Origin: Bdellovibrionales bacterium
GTDB lineage: Bacteria > Bdellovibrionota > Bdellovibrionia > Bdellovibrionales > UBA1609
Direction: 5' to 3'
Length of the DNA stretch: 64,000 nucleotides
Assembly: GCA_050246815.1 (NCBI GenBank)
Contig: JBFWVI010000008.1
Coordinates: forward strand, 1,973-65,972
Shown here: piece after piece, positions 35,778-46,384 of the stretch
Numbering within the stretch: the stretch's first letter is position 1
Layout: each line of letters begins with the position of its first letter
The notes under the pieces: model-generated
What the model was told of the DNA's origin: nothing
What the model saw: only the letters and a program-made list of their open reading frames with translations
Database searches by the model: none
Program-made: the position numbers and the translations under genes

Positions 35778-37330
35778 AAATTTTGGTCGTCAGCCTGCTG
35801 AGGTTAGGGGATGTGTTTCTGGCGGCGCCAGCGTTGGCCGGGATCAAGCGGCGCTATCCCGATGCCGAGCTTCATCTTTTGGTGAACCGTCAGGCGGCCG
35901 GCGCCATCTCATTGTTGGGGATGGTCGACCGCTGGCACATCTTTGAGCGCGACCTGTTGCAGCAAGGTCTGACCGATGCCGAAAGTCCGATCTTGGAACC
36001 TTTTTATCGCCTTGAAGGCCAGCTGCAAAAATTAAGAGGTTACGATTTCGATATGGTTCTAAATTTTACACACAACCGTCTGAGCGGTTGGTTGTGCGGC
36101 ATCATTGGGGCGCGACAAACCATCGGTTTGGCTTTGGACAGTCAGGGCCGTCCGCGTTTTGGCTCGAACTGGTTTCAGTTTTTGAATGACAGGGCCGAAG
36201 AGCGCGGTCGCGAGATTTTTCATTACTCAGATGTATTTTGGTTTGGCGGCGGGATGGATCGTGAAGCACGCCACTGGCGCTGGCAGCTGCCAGCGCAGGC
36301 CAAAGTCGAAGCAGACGCGTTGCTTCAGGGCAAAACAGGTTTTATCGCCTTGCAACCCCTGACCAGTGAAAGCAAAAAAGAATGGGGCTCCGAGCACTGG
36401 GTGCAGGCCTTGCAAATGATGCAGCAGACTCGTCCACAAAGCGAGTTTGTGATTTTGGGGGCACCCAATGAGCGTGAGCGCTGCGAAGTTCTGTTGACGT
36501 CACTACGTGAAAAGGGTGTTCGTGCGATCGTCGCCATATGCTCGTTGGGCACGGCAGTTGAAATTTTAAGCCGCGCCGAAATGCTTTTGACCGGTGACAC
36601 CAGCATCAAACACTTGGCCGCGGCGTTGCCTTTAAAAGTGATCGAGATCAGCTTGGGCAGCAGTGACTGGCGACGCACGGGCATTTACAAATCGGGTGCT
36701 TACATCGTACAGGCCCGAGTTCCCTGCGCGCCGTGCCCACACTCATTGCCTTGCAGCGAATCCTTTCACCGGTGCGGCGCAATTTTGCCGCCAGATTTCA
36801 TTGCGAAATTCGGTCTTGCCGTTTTAGGCGGCGAGCCCCAGCAAATTCAAGATTTAGCGCGTGCATATGCGGGGGCTTGCGAAATTTATCAAACAAGTTT
36901 CAGCGGTGGCGGATATTGGCAGTGTTTGCCGGTGGGGCGCGCGGTGCAATCGCGCGACTTGCGTATGTGGCTGGACAAATTGACAACCAAGCTTTTGTTG
37001 CAGGGTGAACATTTGCAAGCTTTGGGCGCATACGGCACCGAAGCTATGCGTATGGGTGAATGGATGCGAAAAGAATTTCCGCATTTTTCGACCAATGGCT
37101 GGCAAGAATTGATCCGTCATTTGGAAGGCGATGATCAGATGCACCAGTTCAGCGCGCAGAATGCGCAAAAAAAATTGACGCAAATGATGCAGGCCACGCG
37201 CTCTCAGTCCACCGTGCAACTCAAAGAGATGCGTGTGCTGCAGGCAAAAGTCGAAGACATCAGCCGTCGCATAGAGATTCGTCATCGGCTGGTGCGCTCA
37301 TTAAGAAACATCGTGGAGGGAACTTTATGA
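35774..37330 (+). CDS. Glycosyltransferase family 9 (heptosyltransferase-like) with C-terminal extension
   Basis: LLRLGDV, KEW, LLTGDTSIKHLAAA and CAPC motifs. Confidence 0.9.
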   Translation: MKILVVSLLRLGDVFLAAPALAGIKRRYPDAELHLLVNRQAAGAISLLGMVDRWHIFERDLLQQGLTDAESPILEPFYRLEGQLQKLRGYDFDMVLNFTHNRLSGWLCGIIGARQTIGLALDSQGRPRFGSNWFQFLNDRAEERGREIFHYSDVFWFGGGMDREARHWRWQLPAQAKVEADALLQGKTGFIALQPLTSESKKEWGSEHWVQALQMMQQTRPQSEFVILGAPNERERCEVLLTSLREKGVRAIVAICSLGTAVEILSRAEMLLTGDTSIKHLAAALPLKVIEISLGSSDWRRTGIYKSGAYIVQARVPCAPCPHSLPCSESFHRCGAILPPDFIAKFGLAVLGGEPQQIQDLARAYAGACEIYQTSFSGGGYWQCLPVGRAVQSRDLRMWLDKLTTKLLLQGEHLQALGAYGTEAMRMGEWMRKEFPHFSTNGWQELIRHLEGDDQMHQFSAQNAQKKLTQMMQATRSQSTVQLKEMRVLQAKVEDISRRIEIRHRLVRSLRNIVEGTL

Positions 37331-37509
37331 AAAAAGAAACAGAGGTCCATTTACGTCGAATCCTGCAAAGGCTCGAGCAAGCAACGGACAAACTGTTGAG
37401 CACGCGCGGCTACGCTCAGGATACGGCTCGTGTTCGGCTACTACAAGAATTAATCAAGGAGCAGATCAATCATGCGGATTCTAGTTCTACAACTCGCTCG
37501 GTTCGGTGA
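37327..37509 (+). CDS. Small hypothetical protein
   Basis: GGAGG RBS and ATGA coupling; fills the gap between the GT9 genes. Confidence 0.5.
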   Translation: MKKETEVHLRRILQRLEQATDKLLSTRGYAQDTARVRLLQELIKEQINHADSSSTTRSVR

Positions 37510-38953
37510 TATTTTCATCACCTGGCCCACGCTGAGGGCTTTGCGGCGCCGCTATCCTGGCGCCGAAATCCATTTGGTCGTGCGCCAGCGCTTCAGAGCG
37601 GCGGCTGGCGACTGCGAAGCGATTGATAAGCTTTGGTGTTTAGACACGGCTCAAATATTGGAACCCCTGTTGACCGATCAAGGCGATGTGGACGTGAGTT
37701 TGGTGCGCTTGACAGAGTGGACCGAGCTCTTGTCTGAACAGGATTTTGATTTGGTGATCAACCTTTCGTTTTCGCCGTTTTCAAGTTATCTGACGTCGCT
37801 AGTGAGTCACGGTAATGCCGTTGTGCGCGGCTACACGCGCTATAGCGATGGCTTTTTGGCCATACCGGATGACACCAGTGCCTACTTTTATGCCCAAGTT
37901 GGTGTGGGCCTGAGTAATCGCTACCATTTAGCCGAAGTATTTGCAGCCGTGGCTGATGTCGAATTAAGTGGCGCCGATTGGAATTTGCCCATGACTTGGC
38001 ATGCGCAAGAGCGGTTGGTCGGCTGGCAGGAAAAGCAGCCCGAGTTGGCGGGCGATTACATTTTGTTTCACTTGGGCGCCAGCCAAGCCGAAAAAATTTA
38101 TCCGGCCTTCAAATGGCACCGGGTGATTTTGGAGCTGCAGCGCCGTTGGCCTGCGCAAATCGTTTTGATCGGCAGTGCCAGCGAGCAAAACATGGCCGAA
38201 GCCGTGCTTGGGGCCGGCGGCTGTGGAAGTGTTTTGAACTTAGTTGGCAAAACTGATTTTTCAGATGTGGGGGCGTTGATCGCAGGAGCGCAGGTGCTGA
38301 TCGGGGCCGATAGCGCACCGATGCATCTGGCCGGATTTACCGCCACGCCGTGCCTGAATTTGTCTTTCGCCGCCGTCAATTTTTGGGAAACCGGACCACG
38401 TACTTTGGGCAGTCGAATTTTGGTCGCGGACTCACCCGCTGATTTGCCCTCAGATCGAGTGGTCGCCGAAATTTTAGCCATGTTGAAGAATCAAAGCAGT
38501 CAACGCCCGGTGGTTTATCGCCGATCTCACCAGCCGGTGGGTTACGAATGGCAGGTGGCCGAAGATAACAATCAATCTTGGCGTATGATTCAAGCCATTT
38601 ATTCAGGTGGCGAGTGGCCCGAGGTGCACGACCCCATCATTGTCAAGGCGCTGTGGCAAATGCGCGAAGCGGTGAATGTGGCGATCACGCAAATCCCGAA
38701 CTTGCGGAATGTTGAAAAACGGCGTCTTGCCAACGGACTCATCGAGCAAGCCGATTTGGCTATTTATGCTTTACGTCGCGTGGTGCCCGAACTTCGGCCT
38801 CTGGTTTCTTGGTTCGAAACCGAGCGCTTGCGTTTGGGTCCCATGGATCTCGAGTCGCTGATTGCGCGCACCGGGGATATCTATGGCCAGCTGCTTGGAG
38901 TTTTAAATCTTTATTTGCTACCGATCGATCAACAACGGGAGGCTGAACCATGA
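37472..38953 (+). CDS. Glycosyltransferase family 9 with C-terminal extension
   Basis: LARFGDI, HLGAS, NLVGKT, GADSAPMHLA and ETGP motifs. Confidence 0.9.
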   Translation: MRILVLQLARFGDIFITWPTLRALRRRYPGAEIHLVVRQRFRAAAGDCEAIDKLWCLDTAQILEPLLTDQGDVDVSLVRLTEWTELLSEQDFDLVINLSFSPFSSYLTSLVSHGNAVVRGYTRYSDGFLAIPDDTSAYFYAQVGVGLSNRYHLAEVFAAVADVELSGADWNLPMTWHAQERLVGWQEKQPELAGDYILFHLGASQAEKIYPAFKWHRVILELQRRWPAQIVLIGSASEQNMAEAVLGAGGCGSVLNLVGKTDFSDVGALIAGAQVLIGADSAPMHLAGFTATPCLNLSFAAVNFWETGPRTLGSRILVADSPADLPSDRVVAEILAMLKNQSSQRPVVYRRSHQPVGYEWQVAEDNNQSWRMIQAIYSGGEWPEVHDPIIVKALWQMREAVNVAITQIPNLRNVEKRRLANGLIEQADLAIYALRRVVPELRPLVSWFETERLRLGPMDLESLIARTGDIYGQLLGVLNLYLLPIDQQREAEP

Positions 38954-39558
38954 GTGCCGAAAAACTGAGGTTAACCGCCGTTGATTTGGCCGGACAAGAC
39001 TTTTTAAATTGTTCGAGCCTTAAAGATCTTGTGGCGCAAATTGAGACCCAAGTTCGTTCGAAGGGGCGGGTGGTGTGTTCCGTGGCGGTCAATGGCTTGC
39101 ATTTAAATGAGGCCGACGAGCTGCGCCTGGGTTCCACACTGAAGCAAGACATTGATTTTATCGAAGTTGAAATCGAACAGCCCGATCATCTTTTGCGAAG
39201 CACGGTGGTTTCTCAGATTGAGTTGATGCAGGAAATCGATCGCGTGGCCCAGGCGGCGGCCGAGGCCTTTCGTCAGCTTGACCTAAGTCGCGGTCATGAT
39301 CTTTTGATTTCGATGCTGGATGGTTGTCGTTGGTTCACTGATTCCTTAGTGGCACTGCGCGATGTTTTGCGCTCGCTTAACACCGAGGGCATGAATGTGG
39401 AAGATTGGAAAAAGGCCGAAACCGAGCTGCATGCAGTTCTGAGCCAAGTGCTGGCGGCGGTTGAGAGCAGCGATCGGGTTTTGCTGGCGGATATTTTGGA
39501 GTATGAACTCGCCAATAGTCTTGAGAAGTGGCACGAACTCCTCAGCAGTCTGCGCTAA
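38950..39558 (+). CDS. Hypothetical helical protein of flagellar/Maf-type loci
   Basis: C-terminal DRVLLADILEYEL motif; coupled to the GT9 gene. Confidence 0.7.
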   Translation: MSAEKLRLTAVDLAGQDFLNCSSLKDLVAQIETQVRSKGRVVCSVAVNGLHLNEADELRLGSTLKQDIDFIEVEIEQPDHLLRSTVVSQIELMQEIDRVAQAAAEAFRQLDLSRGHDLLISMLDGCRWFTDSLVALRDVLRSLNTEGMNVEDWKKAETELHAVLSQVLAAVESSDRVLLADILEYELANSLEKWHELLSSLR

Positions 39559-39572
39559 TGCTATTCTAGGGC

Positions 39573-41549
39573 GTGCAAGATCTGCAGTTGCCCAAAACAA
39601 TTTATTTTCTAGGCAAGGGCTCGGTCCCGCCGGGATGGCAAGAGGGGCTTCGTCAATTGGGCGTGGAGTTTGACACCAAAGCGTCGGCCATTGCGCTGTT
39701 ACCGCTGGATCTAAAAATTGCGAAGATTCACGAAAAAGTCCAAGCTCACCGCGATCAGCATCCCGTCGCGGTTTTGCTGGGGGTTGGCAGCAGCGCCCAG
39801 CTTAAAGATATTGGTCAAATTTTGGCGGATAATTTAATCGACTTGGTCGTGGATCAAGCCTCAAGCCCTGCGGAACTGGCAGAAACCTTAAAAGCGGCTC
39901 AGCGCCTGCTGCAGCGCCGTCAGACGGCCTATCAGGATTTGTTGAAAACCCGGGATCACAATCGAAAGCTTGAGCAGCTAGGTGAAGGGTTGGAAGGAGC
40001 GGTTCGGGAGCGCACCCAAACCGCAGCCGATTCAAAGGCCGAAGTTGAAAAGCGCGTCACGCAGCTGCGTGAACTGCTTCGCTTCATGCAAGATTTGGCT
40101 CACGCCACCGCGCCGGAAGATGTTTTAAAATTTCTGCGTCGCGAACTTAAAGTCTATCATCGGGTCAGTGAACCCATTTTGGCTTTTGCCCTAAGTTCTG
40201 GCGAGCGCAGGCTGATTTATTTTCGTAGCGGCCAGGTGCTTGAGCGTCGCGCGAACCAATCGTGGCCGCAAAGTTTAAGGCTCAGGCGAAACGACGCGGC
40301 GGATTCGCAGTATTTGGCGGATGAGTTTGGTCGTCCTGTGAATCGGGTGCTGGCCATTCCCTTAATCGCGCGTAAGACCGGCGGCGAGCAATTGCAGCCC
40401 ACGCTGTTTTTTGAGCATCAGCTCAAGGATCACGAAATTGATCAGTTTTTGCACTTTATAGGCGATCGTTTGCAAGTGGTCAGTGTTGCCTTGGACCGCC
40501 TGCTGCTCGAATTTGACTTGCGCTCCGCCACCTACCTTTGGGAACACACCTTTGACGGTCTGGAGGACCCGGTGGCCATCGTCGATGTGGATTTTCATCT
40601 GATGCGCAGCAATCGAGCCTTTATCAGCCATGTTGGCCATCAAAGTTGTCACCTGAGCTTCAATAAGCAAGACGCAGCTTGTGCGGGCTGTCCGGTGCAG
40701 GAAGCTTTAAACAAAGGCGAAGCCGTACGTGGCGTGGTCCGTCGTGGCAGTGAAATGTTCGCGGTTCATAGTTACCCCATTTTGATGGAGCCTGGTGAGC
40801 GCCCCACCACAGTGGTGAACCACTACCTGAATGTGACCGAGGACTTGGGACTGCATGAGCGCATGGTGCAGACTGAAAAAATGGCCGCATTGGGGCATTT
40901 GGCGGGCCACATCGCCCACGAATTGAATAATCCGTTAACAGGCATACGCAGCCTGGCGCAACTCTGGTTGCAGCAAAAAATAGAACCGACAAGCGTAAAA
41001 GAGGATTTTAGTGAAATCGAAAAGGCCGCCGAGCGTTCTCAAGCGATTATCGCCAATCTGTTGCAATTCGCCACAGCCAATGACACTGAGCAAGTGGACA
41101 AGGTGGATTTGAAGTTGATCGTGCAGCGCACATTGCCGTTGTTAAAAACCGCTTTGAGCTCGCATCAAGTCGAAGTGGATTTGGGCGATGAGCAGGCGTG
41201 GACCCGCGTTGCACCGCAGTTGATGCAACAAGTTGTGTTTAACTTGCTTAAAAATGCCTGCCAAGCATTGTCAAGAAAAGGTCAAATTGAAGTTCAACTG
41301 TCCGCAACCGGTCAGGGTGGAAAAAACTATTGGCAATTAACCATCCGTGATAGCGGAGTCGGCATCGCGGCTGAACACTTAGAAACTATTTTTAGCCCCT
41401 TTTACACCACCAAAACGGAAGGTGAGGGCACGGGCCTGGGCTTAAGTTTAAGCCGAAGCCTGGTGCGCCGCTTTGGAGGCGACATCGCTGTGTCCTCGAC
41501 AGTGGGTGTGGGTACGGAATTTAAGGTTTTGCTGCCCAGGGAGTCTTAA
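39573..41549 (+). CDS. Cytoplasmic PAS-containing sensor histidine kinase
   Basis: AHELNNPL H-box, NLLKNA, DSGVGI, PFYTTK and GTGLGLS. Confidence 0.93.
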   Translation: MQDLQLPKTIYFLGKGSVPPGWQEGLRQLGVEFDTKASAIALLPLDLKIAKIHEKVQAHRDQHPVAVLLGVGSSAQLKDIGQILADNLIDLVVDQASSPAELAETLKAAQRLLQRRQTAYQDLLKTRDHNRKLEQLGEGLEGAVRERTQTAADSKAEVEKRVTQLRELLRFMQDLAHATAPEDVLKFLRRELKVYHRVSEPILAFALSSGERRLIYFRSGQVLERRANQSWPQSLRLRRNDAADSQYLADEFGRPVNRVLAIPLIARKTGGEQLQPTLFFEHQLKDHEIDQFLHFIGDRLQVVSVALDRLLLEFDLRSATYLWEHTFDGLEDPVAIVDVDFHLMRSNRAFISHVGHQSCHLSFNKQDAACAGCPVQEALNKGEAVRGVVRRGSEMFAVHSYPILMEPGERPTTVVNHYLNVTEDLGLHERMVQTEKMAALGHLAGHIAHELNNPLTGIRSLAQLWLQQKIEPTSVKEDFSEIEKAAERSQAIIANLLQFATANDTEQVDKVDLKLIVQRTLPLLKTALSSHQVEVDLGDEQAWTRVAPQLMQQVVFNLLKNACQALSRKGQIEVQLSATGQGGKNYWQLTIRDSGVGIAAEHLETIFSPFYTTKTEGEGTGLGLSLSRSLVRRFGGDIAVSSTVGVGTEFKVLLPRES

Positions 41550-41554
41550 AGGTT

Positions 41555-41935
41555 ATGAAAATTCTTGTGGTGGATGACGAGCCCGCGGTGCGGCTTTCAT
41601 TAAAACGCGTCCTGATGCTTCAAGGCCACGAAGTGCGTGAAGCCGAGGACGGACTAAAGGGTGTGCAGCTTTGGCGCGAATGGAATCCTGATCTGGTGCT
41701 GCTGGATGTTTTGATGCCGGGGCTGACGGGTCCTGCTGTGCTGCAAGAAATCGGGCAACCAAAGTTTGCGAAAGTGTTGTTGATGTCGGCCTATGCGGGC
41801 GATTATGATTTAGAAAAGGTCAAAGCGATGGGCGCGGATCATTTTCTGGCTAAACCCTTCGCGAATATTTTTGACGTAGTCAAAGTTGTCGAGGCAATTG
41901 GAAGTGGCAAAAACGAATCAGCCCGTTCAAATTAA
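41555..41935 (+). CDS. Single-domain response regulator
   Basis: ILVVDDE, LLDVLMP and KPF motifs. Confidence 0.93.
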   Translation: MKILVVDDEPAVRLSLKRVLMLQGHEVREAEDGLKGVQLWREWNPDLVLLDVLMPGLTGPAVLQEIGQPKFAKVLLMSAYAGDYDLEKVKAMGADHFLAKPFANIFDVVKVVEAIGSGKNESARSN

Positions 41936-42269
41936 GAAGGTCAGCCCGTATCCGTTCACAGCCGCGCTGGAAGGCGAAGGCAAAAAAATGAACCTGCAGA
42001 TTCGAAAGCTGACCATGCAGGGTTTTATCGCGCAACTGCCACAAGGTTTTGTCAAAGTCGGTGAAGAATACAAGACCCAAATGGAGCTGCCCGTGATGGC
42101 CCACTGGGTTGTGAGCATGGTCAAGGTGATAAAAACCTATGACCAGTTTCAAAGCAAAGACAATCCGGCCACAAAGGTCGAACGCTTGGCGGAATTTCAT
42201 TTTCTGAATTTAAGCGACGACCACAAGGGCAACATCAATCGATTTTTAACCGCGATTCGCCAGGTTTAG
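41904..42269 (+). CDS. Hypothetical protein, possibly PilZ-like fold
   Basis: Beta-rich with terminal FHFLNL...INRFL; no RxxxR motif; start uncertain. Confidence 0.5.
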   Translation: MAKTNQPVQIKKVSPYPFTAALEGEGKKMNLQIRKLTMQGFIAQLPQGFVKVGEEYKTQMELPVMAHWVVSMVKVIKTYDQFQSKDNPATKVERLAEFHFLNLSDDHKGNINRFLTAIRQV

Positions 42270-42274
42270 ATCAA

Positions 42275-42820
42275 GTGCGCATCATTGCCGGCAAATTTAA
42301 GGGCCATCGATTGGTCAGCTTTTCGGCCCATCATTTGCGCCCGACCACGGACCGGGTCAAAGAAAGCATTTTCAACAAATTGCAGATGACCACGCCGGGC
42401 AGCCGATTTTTGGATTTGTTCGCGGGTACCGGGGCCCTTTCGATCGAGGCGCTGTCGCGCGATGCCGCCGAAGTGGTCAGCGTTGAAAGCAATCCAAAAT
42501 CACTCAAAATCATTCGTGAGAACTTAGAAAAGCTCAAAATCAGCACCGGGGTTGAAATTCAGCCCCTAGACGTTTTCAAATACCTGCAGCGTTACAAAGG
42601 GGCGGCCTTTGATGTGGTGTTGGCCGATCCGCCTTTTACCCAAAAATTGGCCGATCAAGTGATGCAGGCCATCGCCGGCTCGGCCGTCATTGGCCCCGGC
42701 ACTGTTGTGGTTGTGGAGGCCAGCGCCCACGAAACTATGCAGGATTCTTACCCGCCATTGGTTTTAACTGACCGAAAAGACTACGGTGACAAATTGGTCT
42801 CCTTTTTCGCTTGTCCCTAA
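42275..42820 (+). CDS. rsmD: 16S rRNA m2G966 methyltransferase
   Basis: RIIAG, RPTTDRVKESIF, LDLFAGTG and DPPF motifs. Confidence 0.95.
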   Translation: MRIIAGKFKGHRLVSFSAHHLRPTTDRVKESIFNKLQMTTPGSRFLDLFAGTGALSIEALSRDAAEVVSVESNPKSLKIIRENLEKLKISTGVEIQPLDVFKYLQRYKGAAFDVVLADPPFTQKLADQVMQAIAGSAVIGPGTVVVVEASAHETMQDSYPPLVLTDRKDYGDKLVSFFACP

Positions 42821-42848
42821 ACAGGGGCCCGGTTAGAACCAGGCTCAA

Positions 42849-43361
42849 ATGTCAAAGTCTGGCGCCAAATCCATCGCCCTCTACCCCGGCAGTTTCGACC
42901 CCATCACTTTGGGGCATGTGGACATCATTCACCGCTTGGCCGGTTTTTATCAGGAGATCGTGGTGCTGGTGGCCAACTCGCCAGCAAAATCACAGATGTT
43001 CACCACGGCCGAGCGAGCAAAGTTAATCAAGGCCAGCCTGCCCGATGTCAAAAATGTGCGAGTTGAAGTGTTTGATGGCCTGACGGTGGATTATGCGCGC
43101 AAAGTGGGTGCCAAGGTGATCTTACGTGGACTACGCGCGGTGGTGGATTTTGAGTACGAATTCGCCATGGCCAATATGAACCGAAAGCTGGCGCCGGATC
43201 TTGAGACCATGATTGTTTTCACCCGTACCGAGTACAGTTTTGTCTCTTCGCGCATGGTGAAAGAAGTCGCTCTTTATGGTGGCGCGTTGGATTCATTGGT
43301 GCCACCGCCGGTGGCGAAAGCATTAAATGCTCGTGTTGCAGAATTGAAAGGCAAATCATGA
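42849..43361 (+). CDS. coaD: Pantetheine-phosphate adenylyltransferase
   Basis: YPGSFDPITLGH, RGLR..DFEYE and SSRMVKE motifs. Confidence 0.97.
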   Translation: MSKSGAKSIALYPGSFDPITLGHVDIIHRLAGFYQEIVVLVANSPAKSQMFTTAERAKLIKASLPDVKNVRVEVFDGLTVDYARKVGAKVILRGLRAVVDFEYEFAMANMNRKLAPDLETMIVFTRTEYSFVSSRMVKEVALYGGALDSLVPPPVAKALNARVAELKGKS

Positions 43362-44560
43362 TCAAGTTAGCCAATCGTGCCAGCGCTTTAAAACCTTCAC
43401 CCACACTGGCCTTAGCGGCCAAAGCCAAGGAACTCGCCGCAAAGGGCAATGACGTGATTTCGCTGACCGTTGGTGAACCTGATTGGGACACCTTCCCTCG
43501 CATCAAACAAGCCGCGATTGAAGCCCTTGAAAAAGGTCAAACCAAATACGCGCCAGCCAATGGTACGCCAGAGCTTCGCCAGATCATTGCCACACGCACG
43601 TCCAATGAACTGGGTGTGACTTATGGTGCCAACCAAGTCACGGTCACCGCCGGAGGCAAGATGGTGGTGTTTGCGGCACTGCAGGTGCTTTGCAATCCTG
43701 GCGACGAAGTGATTGTGCCGGCACCCTTTTGGGTTAGCTATCCACCTATGGCCGAGTTGGCGGGGGCCGTGCCGATCATCGTGGATTGCCCGGCTGCTGC
43801 GGGTTTCAAAATGACTGCGGCTCAATTGTCGCAAGCCATCACCCCGCGCACGAAAGTTTTGATTATGAATTCGCCATCTAATCCTACAGGTGAAATGTAT
43901 TCGCGCGAAGAGCTTATGGCGTTGGCCGACGTGTTGAAGCGCCACCCTCATGTGGTGGTCTTAAGTGACGACATTTACAATCGTCTGACCTTAACTGGTG
44001 AAGAATTGGCGCCGCACCTTTTGCATGTGGCGCCTGAACTTCAGGCCCGGGTGGTGGTGATCAATGGCGCTTCAAAAACCTATTCGATGACCGGCTGGCG
44101 TTTGGGGTGGGCGGTCGGTGAGGCCGCCGTGATTGGCGCCATGACCAATTATTTTAGCCAATCGGTTTCATGTGCCGCGCCCTTCGCGCAAATCGGAATT
44201 TTAGCCGGTTTGAAAGAGGGAGACGCCGACGTGCAAAATGCGGTGAAGAAGTTGCGCGAGCGCAGTCAAAGTGCACTTTCGGCTTTGCGCGATGTGCCCG
44301 GCATCGAAGTCGCGGCGCCCGCCGGCGCGTTTTATTTTTGGCCTTCGATTCAAAAGTACATCGGCAAATCCTTTAAAGGCCAGCGCATCAATGGCAGCCG
44401 CGAGTTCGCCGAATTTCTTTTGCAAGAAGAGATGGTGGCTGTGGTGCCCGGAGTCGAGTTTGGCTCTGAAGGTTATGTTCGGCTCAGTTTTGTCATTGCC
44501 GAGGCGCGCTGGCAGCAGGCGATGCAGAGATTGTCTAATTTTGTTAAGAACTTAACATAG
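43358..44560 (+). CDS. aspC: PLP-dependent aspartate aminotransferase (class I/II)
   Basis: VGEPD, NSPSNPTG, SDDIY and SKTYSMTGWRLG motifs. Confidence 0.9.
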   Translation: MIKLANRASALKPSPTLALAAKAKELAAKGNDVISLTVGEPDWDTFPRIKQAAIEALEKGQTKYAPANGTPELRQIIATRTSNELGVTYGANQVTVTAGGKMVVFAALQVLCNPGDEVIVPAPFWVSYPPMAELAGAVPIIVDCPAAAGFKMTAAQLSQAITPRTKVLIMNSPSNPTGEMYSREELMALADVLKRHPHVVVLSDDIYNRLTLTGEELAPHLLHVAPELQARVVVINGASKTYSMTGWRLGWAVGEAAVIGAMTNYFSQSVSCAAPFAQIGILAGLKEGDADVQNAVKKLRERSQSALSALRDVPGIEVAAPAGAFYFWPSIQKYIGKSFKGQRINGSREFAEFLLQEEMVAVVPGVEFGSEGYVRLSFVIAEARWQQAMQRLSNFVKNLT

Positions 44561-44676
44561 GGCGCCCAGTCGCCCAGTTGTCTTTGACCACGATCTTTAG
44601 GCGCGGTGCGAGCCACTTGCCGTCTGGGTTCTGGTCGGCCTACACTTGCAGGCGCCACTCACACAAGAGGTGAAAG

Positions 44677-45210
44677 ATGATTCGCTTATTTACACTTTGT
44701 TCCGCGCTTGTTTTGACGCTGTTGTCAGCCACGATGGCCGAAGCTCAGGCCAAAGGTTATGCCGGTCTTTTGCTGGGTATGAGCGTGCCCGATGCCGATG
44801 ACACTTCGGCGCGACCGATGTACGGCGTGCAGGGTGGAGCCCGCTTGGATGGCGAGTTCGGTCTTGGTGCTTTTTATTTAACTTCGAAGAAAGAAGAAAC
44901 GGTCAATGCTGTCAAAACGGACTATGATTACAACCTCTACGGTCTTGAAGGTTCATTTCATTTCGAGGGCGTAGCCGATGGTGCTTACATCGCCGCTCGC
45001 ATCGGTTTAGCCAAAGTGGATGTGGGCACGGTGAACTACAGTCCCATGATCTGGGGGCTGCTGTTCGGTTATGACCACTTCTTAAGCGAAAAATTCTCGT
45101 TGGGCATTGAGGGTGGCTTTACCTCGGTGCAAGGTGATGACAACGGCACCAACAATTTGGACGGGTTCACGATGCTGAACTTCCTGGTCGCCGCGAAGAT
45201 GTGGTTCTGA
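44677..45210 (+). CDS. Small outer-membrane beta-barrel protein
   Basis: Signal peptide, amphipathic strands and terminal WF. Confidence 0.85.
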   Translation: MIRLFTLCSALVLTLLSATMAEAQAKGYAGLLLGMSVPDADDTSARPMYGVQGGARLDGEFGLGAFYLTSKKEETVNAVKTDYDYNLYGLEGSFHFEGVADGAYIAARIGLAKVDVGTVNYSPMIWGLLFGYDHFLSEKFSLGIEGGFTSVQGDDNGTNNLDGFTMLNFLVAAKMWF

Positions 45211-45316
45211 GGCGGAGGGCTGGCGCGCGTAGCCATGGTTTATAAAAGCCCAAATTCGTCACACTGTCAGGATCATGACAGGTGAAGCAACTCGGTAAAT
45301 CTGGTACTTTGGTTCC

Positions 45317-46384
45317 ATGAAAAGGTATCGGACCTTATCGGCGTTTTTTCTATGCATTTGTTGCGCGGTTGTGCAGGCCACACCTGACAACCCAAATCCA
45401 CAGATGCTCTCACGGAAGCATCTGACTTCGGTGGTTCGGTATCTTTCGCATGTTGCGGAATATTATGCTTACACAAACCAGGCTGAGCGCCAGAAAATTG
45501 CAAGCTCCGGCGAAGGTCAGCAGATGGATAGCTTCTTACAGAGATTCGGCGGGCCCGCCAACGCCCCCGTTCGAAATTCTGCGCGGTGGATACTAACGTT
45601 CTTAGAAAGAGATACTATTTTTATCAATAGACCCACGGAACTTCGGGAAGATCAAAAAAATGGCGGCAATACTTTAGCCCAGCCCCTTACACCCATGGAA
45701 AATTGGGACGCAGCCGATCGAAGTGCTCGTTATTCGTCGGATGTTCGCATCAGGGCCAAAAAGATCATTCTTGCTCAACCGGATAATGGTTACATTCTCA
45801 CCTTAGAAACCCAAGGGGCCTCCTCGAGTGTCTCTGACTATGGGTACAAGGGCAGCCTTTTTCTGACAATCGCGCAACCCATAGAACAGATCTTTCAGGC
45901 TTCGAACGCGGAGTACTTGGCGTCCGCAAAACAAGTCATGGCGCCTGTGAATCAGATGAATCTTTCCAAGAATTTTAAAAATGCGGTGATGCGATATCCC
46001 GGACTCACAGCGGCTTTGCTTGAGATGGCAGACTTCGAATCTGAGCAAATGCAAAACTTTCAAATTCAATTGTTGGTTCGCGATTACAAAGCCGAAGCGG
46101 ATGCGCTTTTTTCAAGCTCAATCAAGGCGGCAGAATTCTCAGGATGGCAAGTCTTGGGTTATAGTCACGGGCTCGCCCGAAGCCGTGATGGAAAGTATTA
46201 TCTTTTGCATACGCTGGAATTTTTCTCCACAACCTGGGCCAACGAAGTGGTGGGCTTGATCCTTGAAATTGCCAAAAGGCTGCCGACGCAAGACAAAATC
46301 GTGCATTTCAGGCCCATTGAAAATGTATGTGGTCAGTTCTTAAAAGAAGGGTCGCACGAATCACAAAAGCCGACTTTAAATTAG
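45317..46384 (+). CDS. Exported hypothetical protein
   Basis: 355-aa ORF with signal peptide ending VQA; no recognised domain. Confidence 0.65.
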   Translation: MKRYRTLSAFFLCICCAVVQATPDNPNPQMLSRKHLTSVVRYLSHVAEYYAYTNQAERQKIASSGEGQQMDSFLQRFGGPANAPVRNSARWILTFLERDTIFINRPTELREDQKNGGNTLAQPLTPMENWDAADRSARYSSDVRIRAKKIILAQPDNGYILTLETQGASSSVSDYGYKGSLFLTIAQPIEQIFQASNAEYLASAKQVMAPVNQMNLSKNFKNAVMRYPGLTAALLEMADFESEQMQNFQIQLLVRDYKAEADALFSSSIKAAEFSGWQVLGYSHGLARSRDGKYYLLHTLEFFSTTWANEVVGLILEIAKRLPTQDKIVHFRPIENVCGQFLKEGSHESQKPTLN

